In this document: piece by piece, positions 27,397 through 37,038 of the stretch | Position numbering within the stretch: position 1 is the first letter of the stretch | How the letters are laid out: the number at the start of each line of letters is the position of its first letter | From: a virus | Virus record (IMG/VR): IMGVR_UViG_3300036791_000264 | Location: 50,523-114,522 of that record | DNA: 64,000 nucleotides | Direction: 5' to 3' (one strand) | The notes under the pieces: generated by a model | Told to the model about the DNA's origin: nothing | The model's database searches: none | The model's input: only the letters and a program-made list of their open reading frames with translations | Translations under genes and position numbers: made by a program

Positions 27397-27423
27397 GAGG
27401 CCCCCCTACACCAGGGGGGCCTC
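27397..27423 (+). terminator. intrinsic terminator-like hairpin
   Basis: GAGGCCCCCCT-acacc-AGGGGGGCCTC followed by ttc. Confidence 0.65.
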
Positions 27424-27778
27424 TTCACGTTACCGACCCCTGCACACCACCACACCAGCCACACACCAGGATGCCACCACATGCCTCTGTACGCTCTCCT
27501 ATGCCACCCAACCCACCCTAGAGGCACCAGCCACCTCATAGGCGACCACAGCACCCCCTGGGACCGCACAGCACCCTCTCAGCCCATCCACGCTCACACG
27601 CAGCATGCCATAGGCCCACCCCACCCCGTATAGATCGCCCTATGCCCCAGAGTGCCTGAGGTGATCCCACCAGCTACGTAGACAGGCCAGCAGCACACCC
27701 GTGATCAACTCATCCAGGGGGAGGGTATCCCTCCAACCTGGCCCTACAGCCAGCCAGGTGGGGGGGACATAGGCCAGC

Positions 27779-28032
27779 ACACCTGTTCGTACCCCTACGA
27801 ACAGGTGTTCACAAGCCCAAGCATCGCATGCGTACGCATGCGTCATCATGAGCAAACACATGTTCCCACCCATGGGAACATGTGTTCGACCACCCCACCC
27901 ACCCTTACGAACGTACGTTCGCAAACAGGGTGCCAGGAGGTACTCATGGCTGGGATGGGGAATCGTGAGTAGTACCCCTAAGTCGCCGCTGTGGTCTTCT
28001 GTGTACGAGGGATGGGGGGTGTAGTACCCCTA
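27779..28032. repeat. cluster of four inverted repeats plus direct repeats
   Basis: IR 27779-27808 (13 bp arms), palindrome 27825-27842 (18 bp), IR 27855-27886 (14 bp arms), palindrome 27908-27921 (14 bp); GTAGTACCCCTA at 27969 and 28021. Confidence 0.9.
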
Positions 28033-28060
28033 TTCGGGGTTAGCTGCAAGAAAAGGCAGG

Positions 28061-28465
28061 TCAGAGCCTGTTTTTGACCCTTCTGGCTGCTCTACGACGA
28101 GCAGTAAGACGGCGTGACGACTCCACATGACACTCACAGATCCTGGTGCCTGGGCGGAAGGGATGACCGGCCTTGCACAACTCCTGCTTCTTAGGCACCC
28201 GGTCCTCTTCGTTCAGATAGCCCATCCTGAACAACGACTGCACCCGCTGGTTGGTGGCTGAGATGGCGGTACCCCAGCGCTTCGCCAATCGCTCGGTACG
28301 TCTTCCATCCCGAATCTGGGCCTCGACCCGGTACTCCTCAGCCCAGCGACGGTGATCCAGCCCGGTGTAGTGGTACCTCGACTGCTCCTCCGACACCAGC
28401 ACCCACAGGTCTTCCTCGTCCAGACCCAGTTCCTGAGCGATCCTAGGCAGAAGACGGGGCAGCAT
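28061..28465 (-). CDS. putative DNA-binding protein (HTH + CxxGH Zn motif)
   Basis: TERLAKRWGTAISATNQRVQSLFRMGYL; CKAGHPF...RICECH. Confidence 0.5.
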   Translation of the reverse strand: MLPRLLPRIAQELGLDEEDLWVLVSEEQSRYHYTGLDHRRWAEEYRVEAQIRDGRRTERLAKRWGTAISATNQRVQSLFRMGYLNEEDRVPKKQELCKAGHPFRPGTRICECHVESSRRLTARRRAARRVKNRL

Positions 28466-29712
28466 CTTGGCGGGTGAAGTGCGTCCTGTGTCTCTATGTA
28501 CGCTCCGGTGAAGCTGAGGAGGCCGTGACGGTCATAGAGGGCTACGCCGTGTGTGAGGATCACCTGGGCATCATGGCCCAGGGCCTGGACTGGCATGGTG
28601 TGCTGAAGGCAGCCCAGAGGCAGGAAGAACAGAGACCCCTGGAGCAGGAGTCATGAGCATCGAGGAACCGGGTCATCCCTACTTCGACGTACACACCGAC
28701 TACCGGCCCACTGAGGCGTTCCCTGGCGCCCGCCTCACCACCGCAGGACTGTGGCGTAGGTTCCCTATCACGATGGACTCGCCTCACGAGCCATGGTGCC
28801 TGCACTTTGAGTGGGGCGCATGTACATGCGGCCCTAGAGAAGGCGAGGAGTTCGTATGAGGCTGCTACGCCATGACTACGTCCGGGTAGGAAAGAGCTTC
28901 CCGGAGGGACTGGATGAGGAGTCCGACATCTTCTACGTCGCCAACCGGGACAACGACACCGGGCTGGACATCTGGTGGTGGGGGGAAGAGGAGCAGGGGC
29001 GAGATCAGTATGGGGATGTGGATCTGGGCGTACCGGAGGATCCTGGGGCCTGGAGGGAGGGATGAGTCCCCTGCTCGACTACGAAGCCGTGAAAGCGCTG
29101 CGAGAGTCCCCGGTGAAGAAGTGTCCCGCCTGTGGGTATGCCGAGTACAAGAGCTACTGCCGGGAGTGCGACGTGTACTGTCTCCTGGGCCATGGGCACC
29201 TCTGTACCACCCTGTACGCCATCCGGGACCGTGAGCATGAGCAGCACCGGCACTACTGAGGCCCTGGTGCTGTGCTTTGAGGTCTACCGGCTGCCTCCTC
29301 CCTGGTTCGTGCCCGTGGAGGCGCCGGCCTGTGGCGTGGTGGCCTACGTCCAGGCTGAGTGGACGAACGACGGGGTAGCCCGGAGATTCGTGTGTGATCG
29401 CCCGGAGGGACACCCGGAGAAGACGAGCAAGTCGGACAAGCATCGCCAGGTGACTGACATGGAGACAGGGGAGACCATGGAGTGGTCTATAGGCGGGGAG
29501 GTAGGGCGAGATGAGGATGACTGAGTACATCGAGGTGTGCCAGGCCCTGCTGGAGCGCCACGGGGATGGGGAGTGTGTGGATGCCCAGGATGGCCTCATG
29601 GAGGCCCCGGAGTTTCAGGAGGACGGGAACGGGCCGGTGTACGTGTGCGCTGACTCGGCCTAGAAAAACCTCCGGAGTGACGGCGCCTCCTGGCCTGATA
29701 TATTCGCCGGCC

Positions 29713-30393
29713 ATGACTACTACACCAGAACCATCCGTAAACGACCTGTCCCCTATGTCCAAGGCTGGCCCCGCCAACCTGGAACCAGCCCTTCTGCTCG
29801 ATACGTCAGGATCTATGTCCTACCCCACCACCGCGGACGGCCAGGTACAGAGGAGGGAACTGGTCGGTGAGGCCATCCCGCTCATCATCGCCGGTCTGGA
29901 GGGCTTCGACGCTCAAGCGGCCAAGGAGACCGAAGCAGCCGGTGAGGAAGAGGGCGGCGTCATGACCGTCACCTTCGCCTCTGAGGCGAAGGTAGTGGGC
30001 GACCTCAACTCGGGCAACGTGCGTGCCCAGTTCGGCTCGATCCAATGGGGTGGGGGCACCAACATCGTGCCTGGCTTCCAGTTGGTCTTGTCCAACTATT
30101 TAGAGGAGTTCGCTGACGAAGATGTGACCAGTCGGCCTTCCCTGTTGTGCATGGTCATCACTGATGGTGAGGCCAGCGACGAGGCCGAGTTTGAGGAGTC
30201 TCTGTCCAAGAGCAAGGGCGGGACGTATGTCGCGGTGGCTGTCGTGGGCTATGGCCCGGAGCATGACAAGGCCCTGGCCGGCTACCAGCGCATCGCCGCC
30301 GCCAACAACCACGTCCGGGCCTTGTCCTTCGCTGATACGACTGACCCCAACGGCCTGGCCCAGGCCCTGCTGGCGATGTTTGGCACCCCCTAG
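29713..30393 (+). CDS. von Willebrand factor A domain protein
   Basis: MIDAS LLLDTSGSM, GGGTN, VITDGEA; TATATT 8 nt before ATG 29713. Confidence 0.85.
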   Translation: MTTTPEPSVNDLSPMSKAGPANLEPALLLDTSGSMSYPTTADGQVQRRELVGEAIPLIIAGLEGFDAQAAKETEAAGEEEGGVMTVTFASEAKVVGDLNSGNVRAQFGSIQWGGGTNIVPGFQLVLSNYLEEFADEDVTSRPSLLCMVITDGEASDEAEFEESLSKSKGGTYVAVAVVGYGPEHDKALAGYQRIAAANNHVRALSFADTTDPNGLAQALLAMFGTP

Positions 30394-30401
30394 AGCAAGA
30401 C

Positions 30402-30431
30402 GAAGGGCCTCCCCTTGCCGGGAGGCCCTTC
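30402..30431 (+). terminator. intrinsic terminator-like hairpin
   Basis: GAAGGGCCTCCC-cttgcc-GGGAGGCCCTTC. Confidence 0.7.
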
Positions 30432-30577
30432 TCTCATGCAACCGCACAACCAACCAGGGTCAGTGTAATCGAGAAAAATAGCCGGGGTCAAGGGGGCATC
30501 TACGCCCGTATTTTTCTGGTGTGGACTGGTAGACTGTGAGGGCTACCTACCACAGCATCCTGCACTCTGGAGAGAAC

Positions 30578-31078
30578 ATGCCTATACCTTTGCCTCAGCC
30601 ATTCCTGATCATCCCCGGTGATGGCTCCAACCCCGTACACATCCATGACTGCCCCGACCCCAAGCCGCCCATACTGGGCGTGGCGCTCGTTACCCCCTAC
30701 ATCGCTCAAAGGTGGTTGCATGCCGGCGAGGCCGAGTTCCGCCCGGTGGTCATGGTTGACCACGAGCGTCAGATCCTGGCCGGTCGAGGAATCGTGGAAG
30801 GCGCCGCTCGGGGTGAGGGCGGCACCGCGGCGGCGGTGAACATGGTGGCGGTCGACACCAACGTGGCCGAGACCGCCTGGACGGCGGTGCAGGCCATGCG
30901 GCGGGCCTTTGAGCTACCGGAGACCACCGACGTGCCGGCCCTCGTCCTCTCTGACCACGGGGGCCAGGTGCTGGGCGGCGCCGAAGCTCTCTACGACCTG
31001 CGGAAGCCCGCCGTCTTCATCGTGTTGATCACCCTGCCCGGCGTGGCCGGTCTCAACGCCGATGGGCGGTACAACTGA
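30578..31078 (+). CDS. hypothetical protein
   Basis: GGAGAG SD; TGATG coupling to next gene. Confidence 0.55.
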   Translation: MPIPLPQPFLIIPGDGSNPVHIHDCPDPKPPILGVALVTPYIAQRWLHAGEAEFRPVVMVDHERQILAGRGIVEGAARGEGGTAAAVNMVAVDTNVAETAWTAVQAMRRAFELPETTDVPALVLSDHGGQVLGGAEALYDLRKPAVFIVLITLPGVAGLNADGRYN

Positions 31079-31680
31079 TGGCGAGGAAGAAGAAGCGGGG
31101 CGACTGCGCCCTGACATGGTGTACCAACCCGGCCCAGTTCCGGATCTCGGTGGAGTACCCGGAGCCAGAGGCCGAAGAGGCCAAAGAGACCGACATGGAT
31201 GAGGAGGAGCGTGAGGTTCGTGACCGGGGCGAGTGGATCGATGATCCTCCCTCTAGCGAAGCCCCTCCGGTTCAGCCCCTCAAGTTCTACCGGCCCAAGC
31301 CCAACCCCTTCGTGCCCAGCGACTACGAGTCTCCCTCCTTCTTCAAGCAGTACGTGATCGTGTGCGCGGAGCATGTGGATCACTTCAAGCTGCCCTGGGA
31401 GAAGCAGGGCGCCGTGACCGTCGTGCCCTTCGACCCCCTGCCCAAGCTGCCGCAGGGGCATTACGTGCGGGTCAAGCGGCACGCCTGGTCCGGAGACATC
31501 AACGTGCGCCAGCATCTGGTGGGCCACGCTATGTACATCGAATGCGAGACCCTGGCCCCGGAGTCCTGGGAGGGCCGTACCGTCATCTTGTACGTCGATG
31601 AGGACGACATCGTGGCCCTGATGAAGGAGACCAGGGAAGCCGCCATCCGCACCCGCTCCCGACCCATGGAGGAACCATGA
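31078..31680 (+). CDS. hypothetical protein
   Basis: coupled on both sides. Confidence 0.6.
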   Translation: MARKKKRGDCALTWCTNPAQFRISVEYPEPEAEEAKETDMDEEEREVRDRGEWIDDPPSSEAPPVQPLKFYRPKPNPFVPSDYESPSFFKQYVIVCAEHVDHFKLPWEKQGAVTVVPFDPLPKLPQGHYVRVKRHAWSGDINVRQHLVGHAMYIECETLAPESWEGRTVILYVDEDDIVALMKETREAAIRTRSRPMEEP

Positions 31681-32000
31681 GCAACGTCCGACGCCAAGGC
31701 TTCCGGGAGAATCACGACGCTGTCATGGGCATCGACCTGAACAATGTGCATCGTCACGAGGTCGACGCCGCCCAGTCCATGCTCAAGCACCTCGATGCCC
31801 TGGCGGGGCCGGCGTACGTGGCCTTCCTGCACTTCTATCACATGGACACGGCCAACGCCTGCATGCACGTCGCGGACGTGAGGTTCAGCCCCTTGACCTT
31901 TCGCCTGGCTGAGGCCCTCCAGGACGTGACCCTTGACAGCGGGGAGATTGAGGAGGTGCTGGCCCACCGGGGTCGGTATGAGGAGGATCCGGGCCGGTAG
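31677..32000 (+). CDS. hypothetical protein
   Basis: ATGA overlap. Confidence 0.55.
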   Translation: MSNVRRQGFRENHDAVMGIDLNNVHRHEVDAAQSMLKHLDALAGPAYVAFLHFYHMDTANACMHVADVRFSPLTFRLAEALQDVTLDSGEIEEVLAHRGRYEEDPGR

Positions 32001-32019
32001 GTAGTAGCGATTCTACTTA

Positions 32020-32049
32020 TTGACATGCTCGCAGGGGCATGCCTACAGT
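32020..32049 (+). promoter_or_regulatory. near-consensus housekeeping-sigma promoter
   Basis: TTGACA-N18-TACAGT. Confidence 0.75.
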
Positions 32050-32111
32050 GGCGCCGGGTACCAGAGGTACCCACCGGCACCCCTCGGGTGCCCCACGAAA
32101 GGTAGGTAGCT

Positions 32112-32762
32112 ATGAACGGGTCCAATGAGATCCTGGAGGATGAAGACCTCCGCGCTGCTCTGGTGGCGCAGCATCCCCAGTTGGTGAGGGTTCGCTTTGA
32201 CGGCTTCGCCGCCGATATGGCGAGTCCGAAGTTCTACTTCACCAGGAACCTTCCTCTGGAGTACAGCCTCACCACCGACTATCTGAACACCCACTCGTGG
32301 GACAACGGCAGCATCCTCACCAACGCGGATGTCAAGGGCGCCGTTTACGGCCCCTACGACGGTCCCTTTGAGTCGGACCTGTTGCACTGGGTTCGCCTTA
32401 TGTTCACCGACCGGAGTGACTACAACCGTAGCCTGACCTCCGGGTACACCTTCCTGTGTGATCCCGCCACCGGGGTGGTTTCCCGGCTGTCGGTGTTCGA
32501 CGTGGGCCGGCATCTTCAGGCCAAAGCCTTTGGTCGGACCTTGGACACCATGGCGAGTGAGGCCCGTAAGGGTCGGGACCGTAACAACCGCAGCATCTCT
32601 GCCGTGGACAAGCTGCTCGACGGCATCACTGGGCCGGAAGCTGACGCCCTTCGCGCTGAGCTTGGGGACGGGGCGCTCCGCTTCGGTGGTGAGATCATCG
32701 ATGCGGTTCGGAAGGTGCTGGGCGCCATCGGGCCTGGCCCCACTCCCAGCGACGACGAATAA
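32112..32762 (+). CDS. hypothetical protein
   Basis: 216 aa ORF downstream of the promoter. Confidence 0.6.
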   Translation: MNGSNEILEDEDLRAALVAQHPQLVRVRFDGFAADMASPKFYFTRNLPLEYSLTTDYLNTHSWDNGSILTNADVKGAVYGPYDGPFESDLLHWVRLMFTDRSDYNRSLTSGYTFLCDPATGVVSRLSVFDVGRHLQAKAFGRTLDTMASEARKGRDRNNRSISAVDKLLDGITGPEADALRAELGDGALRFGGEIIDAVRKVLGAIGPGPTPSDDE

Positions 32763-32765
32763 CCT

Positions 32766-33497
32766 GTGACTTCCAGGGAAGGTGGGGGGGCACAGGCCCC
32801 CCCATCTCGTCGCGACAATGTGATCAGTGAGCGTCGCCACATCAAAGAGGTGATGCGCCAGTCGAGGCTGGCTATGACGCAGTCCAACATACGAGATGCC
32901 CTTCAGGATCAAGGGATCTCCACCTTGAACGTCCAGAAGCGGCTGTCTGAGTTGGTACAGGACAAGGAGATCCGCCGAATAGGCAAGCGCGGGAACTACA
33001 TCTATTTCCTCCCGGAAGAGGGTGAGGAATGGGAGGGGGAGGAACGGGACACCCCAGGCCGGCGCCTGGTCAGGGAGATGGATAAGCCCAAGGTGCTGGC
33101 TGAGGCCATGACCATCCTGGAGGAGCGCAAGAGGGGCCGGCAGCATCGGTCACTCGTGCGCCTCTATGAGGAAGCCGCACAGCGGCAACTTCGGGCCGAA
33201 GAGGAGGATGCTGACCGATTGACCGCGGCGATGGAGAAGCTCCTCAATCAGCGGCTGCGGTACTGGGACTCCTTCATCCTTACTCTGACTCGATTCGATG
33301 AGAAGGTCTGCACCTATTTCCGGGAGTTCGACAACCTCCCTCAACCCCTGGCTAACCAGGCCAGGCACATCGATACCGGGATCGAGGATGTGCGGCGCCA
33401 CCTGAGTGCCCTGGAGTTCAAGCTGTTCCCTGGACGGGTCAAGGGCAAGGGTGCCGTCGAGAGGGGTTCGTTCATCGACGTGAAAGCAGAGGGGTGA
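32766..33497 (+). CDS. putative winged-helix DNA-binding protein
   Basis: MTQSNIRDAL...STLNVQKRLSELVQDKEIRRIGKRGNYIYFL. Confidence 0.55.
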   Translation: MTSREGGGAQAPPSRRDNVISERRHIKEVMRQSRLAMTQSNIRDALQDQGISTLNVQKRLSELVQDKEIRRIGKRGNYIYFLPEEGEEWEGEERDTPGRRLVREMDKPKVLAEAMTILEERKRGRQHRSLVRLYEEAAQRQLRAEEEDADRLTAAMEKLLNQRLRYWDSFILTLTRFDEKVCTYFREFDNLPQPLANQARHIDTGIEDVRRHLSALEFKLFPGRVKGKGAVERGSFIDVKAEG

Positions 33498-33501
33498 ACC
33501 C

Positions 33502-33542
33502 TTGAATGTTGGCACCATGAGGGCCTATGGTGCCAACATTCA
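33502..33542 (+). promoter_or_regulatory. promoter embedded in a perfect 16-bp inverted repeat (operator)
   Basis: TGAATGTTGGCACCAT-N8-ATGGTGCCAACATTCA; TTGAAT-N18-TATGGT lies within it. Confidence 0.7.
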
Positions 33543-33558
33543 CGCCAGGAGGTGCCCA

Positions 33559-34173
33559 ATGCCATTGATAAAAGTCAAGGTGGATCAAGCCGACATCGAC
33601 AGAGCAGATAGAAGCAAGTCCATGAAATGTGTGGTGATGCAAGCCATCGCTCGCACTATCCCCGACGCTCATCACATCGATGTGGACGTCGCCACTATTC
33701 GCTGGACGGGTGGCGACGGGGTCCGGGTCTGTTACCTGACCCCCTACAGCGTGTCGGGCTACGTGGTGGCTTTCGACGCCGGGGACGAGATCTATCCCTT
33801 CAGTTTTCAGTTGGACGCTCGTAGCAAGGTGCCCATTCGCCAGCGTAAGCGCACCAAACCGGGTCTGGCCGTTCACCAGGCTCAGGAGGATGTACGGAAG
33901 GCCAAAAAGGAACTGAAGGAGGCCGAGAGCGGCGGGGCCACGGTGAAGGTGGTTCGTGAGTCACAGACCAAGGTCGAGGCGACCCAGGGGCGGCTGGACA
34001 GCGTCAAGGCGGCTTATCGGGGCCAGCAACAGCAGGTCAACATTGGCGATAGCAGTCGAAACGCCCCCCGCCGTGTCTCAAGAACCTCTCGCCGTAGTTA
34101 CGGACACCGGGTGATGCGGGTGAATCAAACCCCTCGCCGGCTGGTGAAGAGGAAGGCGGCTGCGACTAGCTGA
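33559..34173 (+). CDS. basic hypothetical protein
   Basis: AGGAGG SD before ATG 33559; ends TPRRLVKRKAAATS. Confidence 0.65.
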   Translation: MPLIKVKVDQADIDRADRSKSMKCVVMQAIARTIPDAHHIDVDVATIRWTGGDGVRVCYLTPYSVSGYVVAFDAGDEIYPFSFQLDARSKVPIRQRKRTKPGLAVHQAQEDVRKAKKELKEAESGGATVKVVRESQTKVEATQGRLDSVKAAYRGQQQQVNIGDSSRNAPRRVSRTSRRSYGHRVMRVNQTPRRLVKRKAAATS

Positions 34174-34487
34174 CTAGCCCCATGCCGTCAAAAACCTGGG
34201 TGGTAGAGGGCAAAGTCCCTGGTCGATTTTCCTATGAGTGCGAGTTCTGCGGCCACTGCGGGGGTAACTACGCCACTAGGGAAGTGGCCCAGGTCTTCGC
34301 CAATGTGCATGGCTCCTACGACGTCCCGGAGCATCGCCCTAAACTCGGGGTGTGAGCCGATCCGGGGACTTCCAGGCCGAGATCGAGAAGCACCGGGTGC
34401 AACGTGAGCCGGCCCAGCATGTGCTGGGGCCGTCCCACGTCGGCGCCTACGCCCAGAGGATCAAGCCCCACCGCCAGGGGCCTGACG

Positions 34488-35300
34488 TCAGTAGTCAACC
34501 GGCTCCTGGGTCTCCGGGTCGATCTCCCGCCCGTCCTTGAAGACGGCGTCGGGCATGGTCTTGATCTGGGAGAGGTACTGCACGAAGAGGACGCCCTCCC
34601 GGCTTGAGAGCATCTTTGCCGTGCCCCGGTCGGTCCAATACGACCGCTCGCGAGCCGAGAAGTTTTCCTTCGCCATCTGGGCATGGATCTTCTCCCGCAT
34701 CTCGTCAAGCTGGGGCTGAACTTCGCGCCGTTTGTAAAAGGCAGACTTGACGTAATCGTCAATGGCCCCGGAATGGCTGTCCGGATCCTCCTTGCGGATC
34801 TTGCCCCACACCAGCTTGCGGCCCTGGCGCTCGTAGTCGTAGTGGGCGAAGGTGGGTGGGCCAACCAGGGGGTAGCGCTGGATGATGATGCACTCCTGGA
34901 TGCCCTCACGCTCGCCGCGTTCCCATTCCTCGCCCAGGGAGCCGGGATAGATCTCCGGGTGGTTGGCGTAGAACTCGGCCTCTAGCACCTCGTCGCTCTT
35001 GGGCAACAGGGCGTTGGCGTCTTCGGGTTCCGGCGCATACGTCTTGTAGCGGGCGTCGGCCACCTGGAAGATGACGTCACAGGAGAGGAACAGGCTGGCC
35101 CAGTAGGCGCACTGACGGGCGCTCTCGGGGCCACCCGCGTGGTACACGATGAAGTGCTGCCGTTCGTCGCGCACCCCTACGGTGAAGTTGAGGATGTCGG
35201 CGTCGGACTCGTCCGGGCTGTCCCCGTACTGAGCCACCCTCTCCTGCTTCATGCGCCGGGTGATCTCGGCTATGAGGGCGAACTGGGCGTCACTCGCCAT
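34488..35300 (-). CDS. hypothetical protein
   Basis: TGATG coupling to the upstream Toprim gene. Confidence 0.65.
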   Translation of the reverse strand: MASDAQFALIAEITRRMKQERVAQYGDSPDESDADILNFTVGVRDERQHFIVYHAGGPESARQCAYWASLFLSCDVIFQVADARYKTYAPEPEDANALLPKSDEVLEAEFYANHPEIYPGSLGEEWERGEREGIQECIIIQRYPLVGPPTFAHYDYERQGRKLVWGKIRKEDPDSHSGAIDDYVKSAFYKRREVQPQLDEMREKIHAQMAKENFSARERSYWTDRGTAKMLSSREGVLFVQYLSQIKTMPDAVFKDGREIDPETQEPVDY

Positions 35301-36184
35301 CAGACGGCACTCGCGATCTCGGCCAGCCGTGCCCGATCAGCCTGCTCCTGCTCCAGGCTGGTCTCAAAGGCGTCCTCGTCCCAGTAGTCGCTGAGGGCAT
35401 CGGTGTAGAGGGTCCGCAGGTCATCGGGCGGGATGGCCTCGACCTCGACCTGCACCAGTTGCCCGTGGCGCTCGATGAAGCTGGCGGCACGGGAGTCGGT
35501 GTCCTTGCCCAGGGCCACGGGCAGGTTCAGGGACTGGATCTGCTCGGGGCGCACAGCGATGTGCTTGACCTCTTCCCACACCGGGCAGCGCTCGGTGAAG
35601 TCCCGCAGAATGTCTTCACCGGAGGGGTCGAAGTCGCCGGCATAGACCAGGATGGCCTGGCGTCCATCGGCCTCCACATGCTCTCTGACCTCGTCCACAT
35701 AGGACTGCGAGCCGTAGCCGCGGGTCAGGATGATGGGGAAGCCCAGGCTCCGGTTCACGTCGCTGCCATAGAGGAGGTTGCCGGCGGCATCGACGGTGTT
35801 GGTGGAGAACCAGGACCGTAGCTGGGCCAGCAGCGTGGCCTTCTCACCGGCCAGGTAGATGACGTAGTCCTGGCCCTCAGTGCGGTCCCGCCGGTAGCGC
35901 TCGGTGAGCCAGTTGATGCCATCGCCGGGACTTGTCCAAGACTGGCCCTGGTAGATCTCTCGGGTCTGATCCTGGAGGGCGTCGAAGGTGCCCTCGCGGC
36001 GGGCCTTGGCGGTGAGATCAGACAGCCGGCTGTAGTGGGCCTTGACGTTGCGATAGCCCAGCCCTGGCGTCATGACCAGGCGGTAGTGGAGTTGTCGGAG
36101 CGTGATCAGGTACGGGTAGCTGCGGACAATGGTCAGCGCTTGCCGGATGATCGGCTTCCAGTTGACGGGTGGTGCGGATGTCAC
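35300..36184 (-). CDS. Topo VI-A/Spo11-like Toprim domain protein
   Basis: ITLRQLHYRLV, EKATL, RGYGS, YAGDFDPSGEDI, VEVEAI; AAGGAGG SD before GTG 36184. Confidence 0.75.
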   Translation of the reverse strand: MTSAPPVNWKPIIRQALTIVRSYPYLITLRQLHYRLVMTPGLGYRNVKAHYSRLSDLTAKARREGTFDALQDQTREIYQGQSWTSPGDGINWLTERYRRDRTEGQDYVIYLAGEKATLLAQLRSWFSTNTVDAAGNLLYGSDVNRSLGFPIILTRGYGSQSYVDEVREHVEADGRQAILVYAGDFDPSGEDILRDFTERCPVWEEVKHIAVRPEQIQSLNLPVALGKDTDSRAASFIERHGQLVQVEVEAIPPDDLRTLYTDALSDYWDEDAFETSLEQEQADRARLAEIASAV

Positions 36185-36249
36185 GATGCCTCCTTTGGAT
36201 GCGTCCCATGGACGCGTCACACTATAGCATCGTTTGCAGGGGTGGCACG

Positions 36250-36293
36250 AAAAAACCCCCGACTCAGGCGGAAGAGGATGAGCCGGGGGTTTT
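36250..36293 (-). terminator. intrinsic terminator after the LysM-Rpf gene
   Basis: AAAACCCCCGACTCA...TGAGCCGGGGGTTTT flanked by A/T tracts. Confidence 0.7.
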
Positions 36294-36330
36294 CTCTGTT
36301 GTGACTACGTGTTCACGTAGCTGTCTGAGG

Positions 36331-37038
36331 TTATACCCCGCACATGCGGCTGGTGTTCGGCCAGGCTCCCCAACCCACCTGGGCCTGGAGGTTCTGGTTC
36401 ACCCGAAGCTGCTCCGAATAGCTGTAGTCGGAAGGCAGGCCGGGGCCACCTCCACCGGCACGCCAGGCACTGATGGTGTCCTGGAAGGCGCCGTAGTAGC
36501 CGTTGCCAGTGTTCGTGGCCGGGTTGTTGCCCGACTCATGCTGGCCGATGCAGCCCCAGACACCACTGCCTCCACCCCCACCACCGCGGTAGCTGTGGGT
36601 GACTACCGGCTGGGGCGCAGGAGGTGTATAAGTCCTGGCAGGAGCCGAATAGTGCTGCACTGGAGGTGTGTATGACGGGGCGGGGGCGGGTAGTGACACC
36701 GAACCGGTGTAGCTCGCAGGCGGGATGTTGATGACGTCGCCTACATAGATCAGGTCCGGGTTGGGTGTGTGGTTGAAGGCTGCCAAACGGCTCCAGGCCC
36801 CTCCTGACCCCAGGTAGCGGACTCCGATGCTCCACAGCGTGTCGCCTGCAACGACCGTGTACTTCTGGAGCGTCGGAGCCGCTACCGCTACGAGGACGGC
36901 CTCTGGGGGCGAACCACTGGCCGGAACCACTGCGCTCACGCTGGTAGGGACGCTTTCCACAGGTTGTGCGGAAGCTGGGGATATAAAACAGAAGCTGCCG
37001 GCGACCAGGCCGGCAGCGGCAAGTAGAAGCCGCTTCAT
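36331..37038 (-). CDS. secreted LysM + resuscitation-promoting-factor (Rpf)-like transglycosylase
   Basis: signal peptide (..PASA); LysM YTVVAGDTLWSI...NPDLIYVGDVINIP; Rpf WGCIGQHESGNNPATNTGNGYYGAFQ...GWGAWP. Confidence 0.9.
   Translation of the reverse strand: MKRLLLAAAGLVAGSFCFISPASAQPVESVPTSVSAVVPASGSPPEAVLVAVAAPTLQKYTVVAGDTLWSIGVRYLGSGGAWSRLAAFNHTPNPDLIYVGDVINIPPASYTGSVSLPAPAPSYTPPVQHYSAPARTYTPPAPQPVVTHSYRGGGGGGSGVWGCIGQHESGNNPATNTGNGYYGAFQDTISAWRAGGGGPGLPSDYSYSEQLRVNQNLQAQVGWGAWPNTSRMCGV

Noticed and set aside
27424-28050. CRISPR array or tRNA cluster in the long non-coding gap
   Set aside because: The repeats are different palindromes, not identical direct repeats with spacers; no cloverleaf or T-loop consensus was recognised
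23499-30485. AAAATAGCCGG repeated at 23499 and 30475 upstream of promoters
   Set aside because: Only two copies; may be an UP-like element but too little support to call
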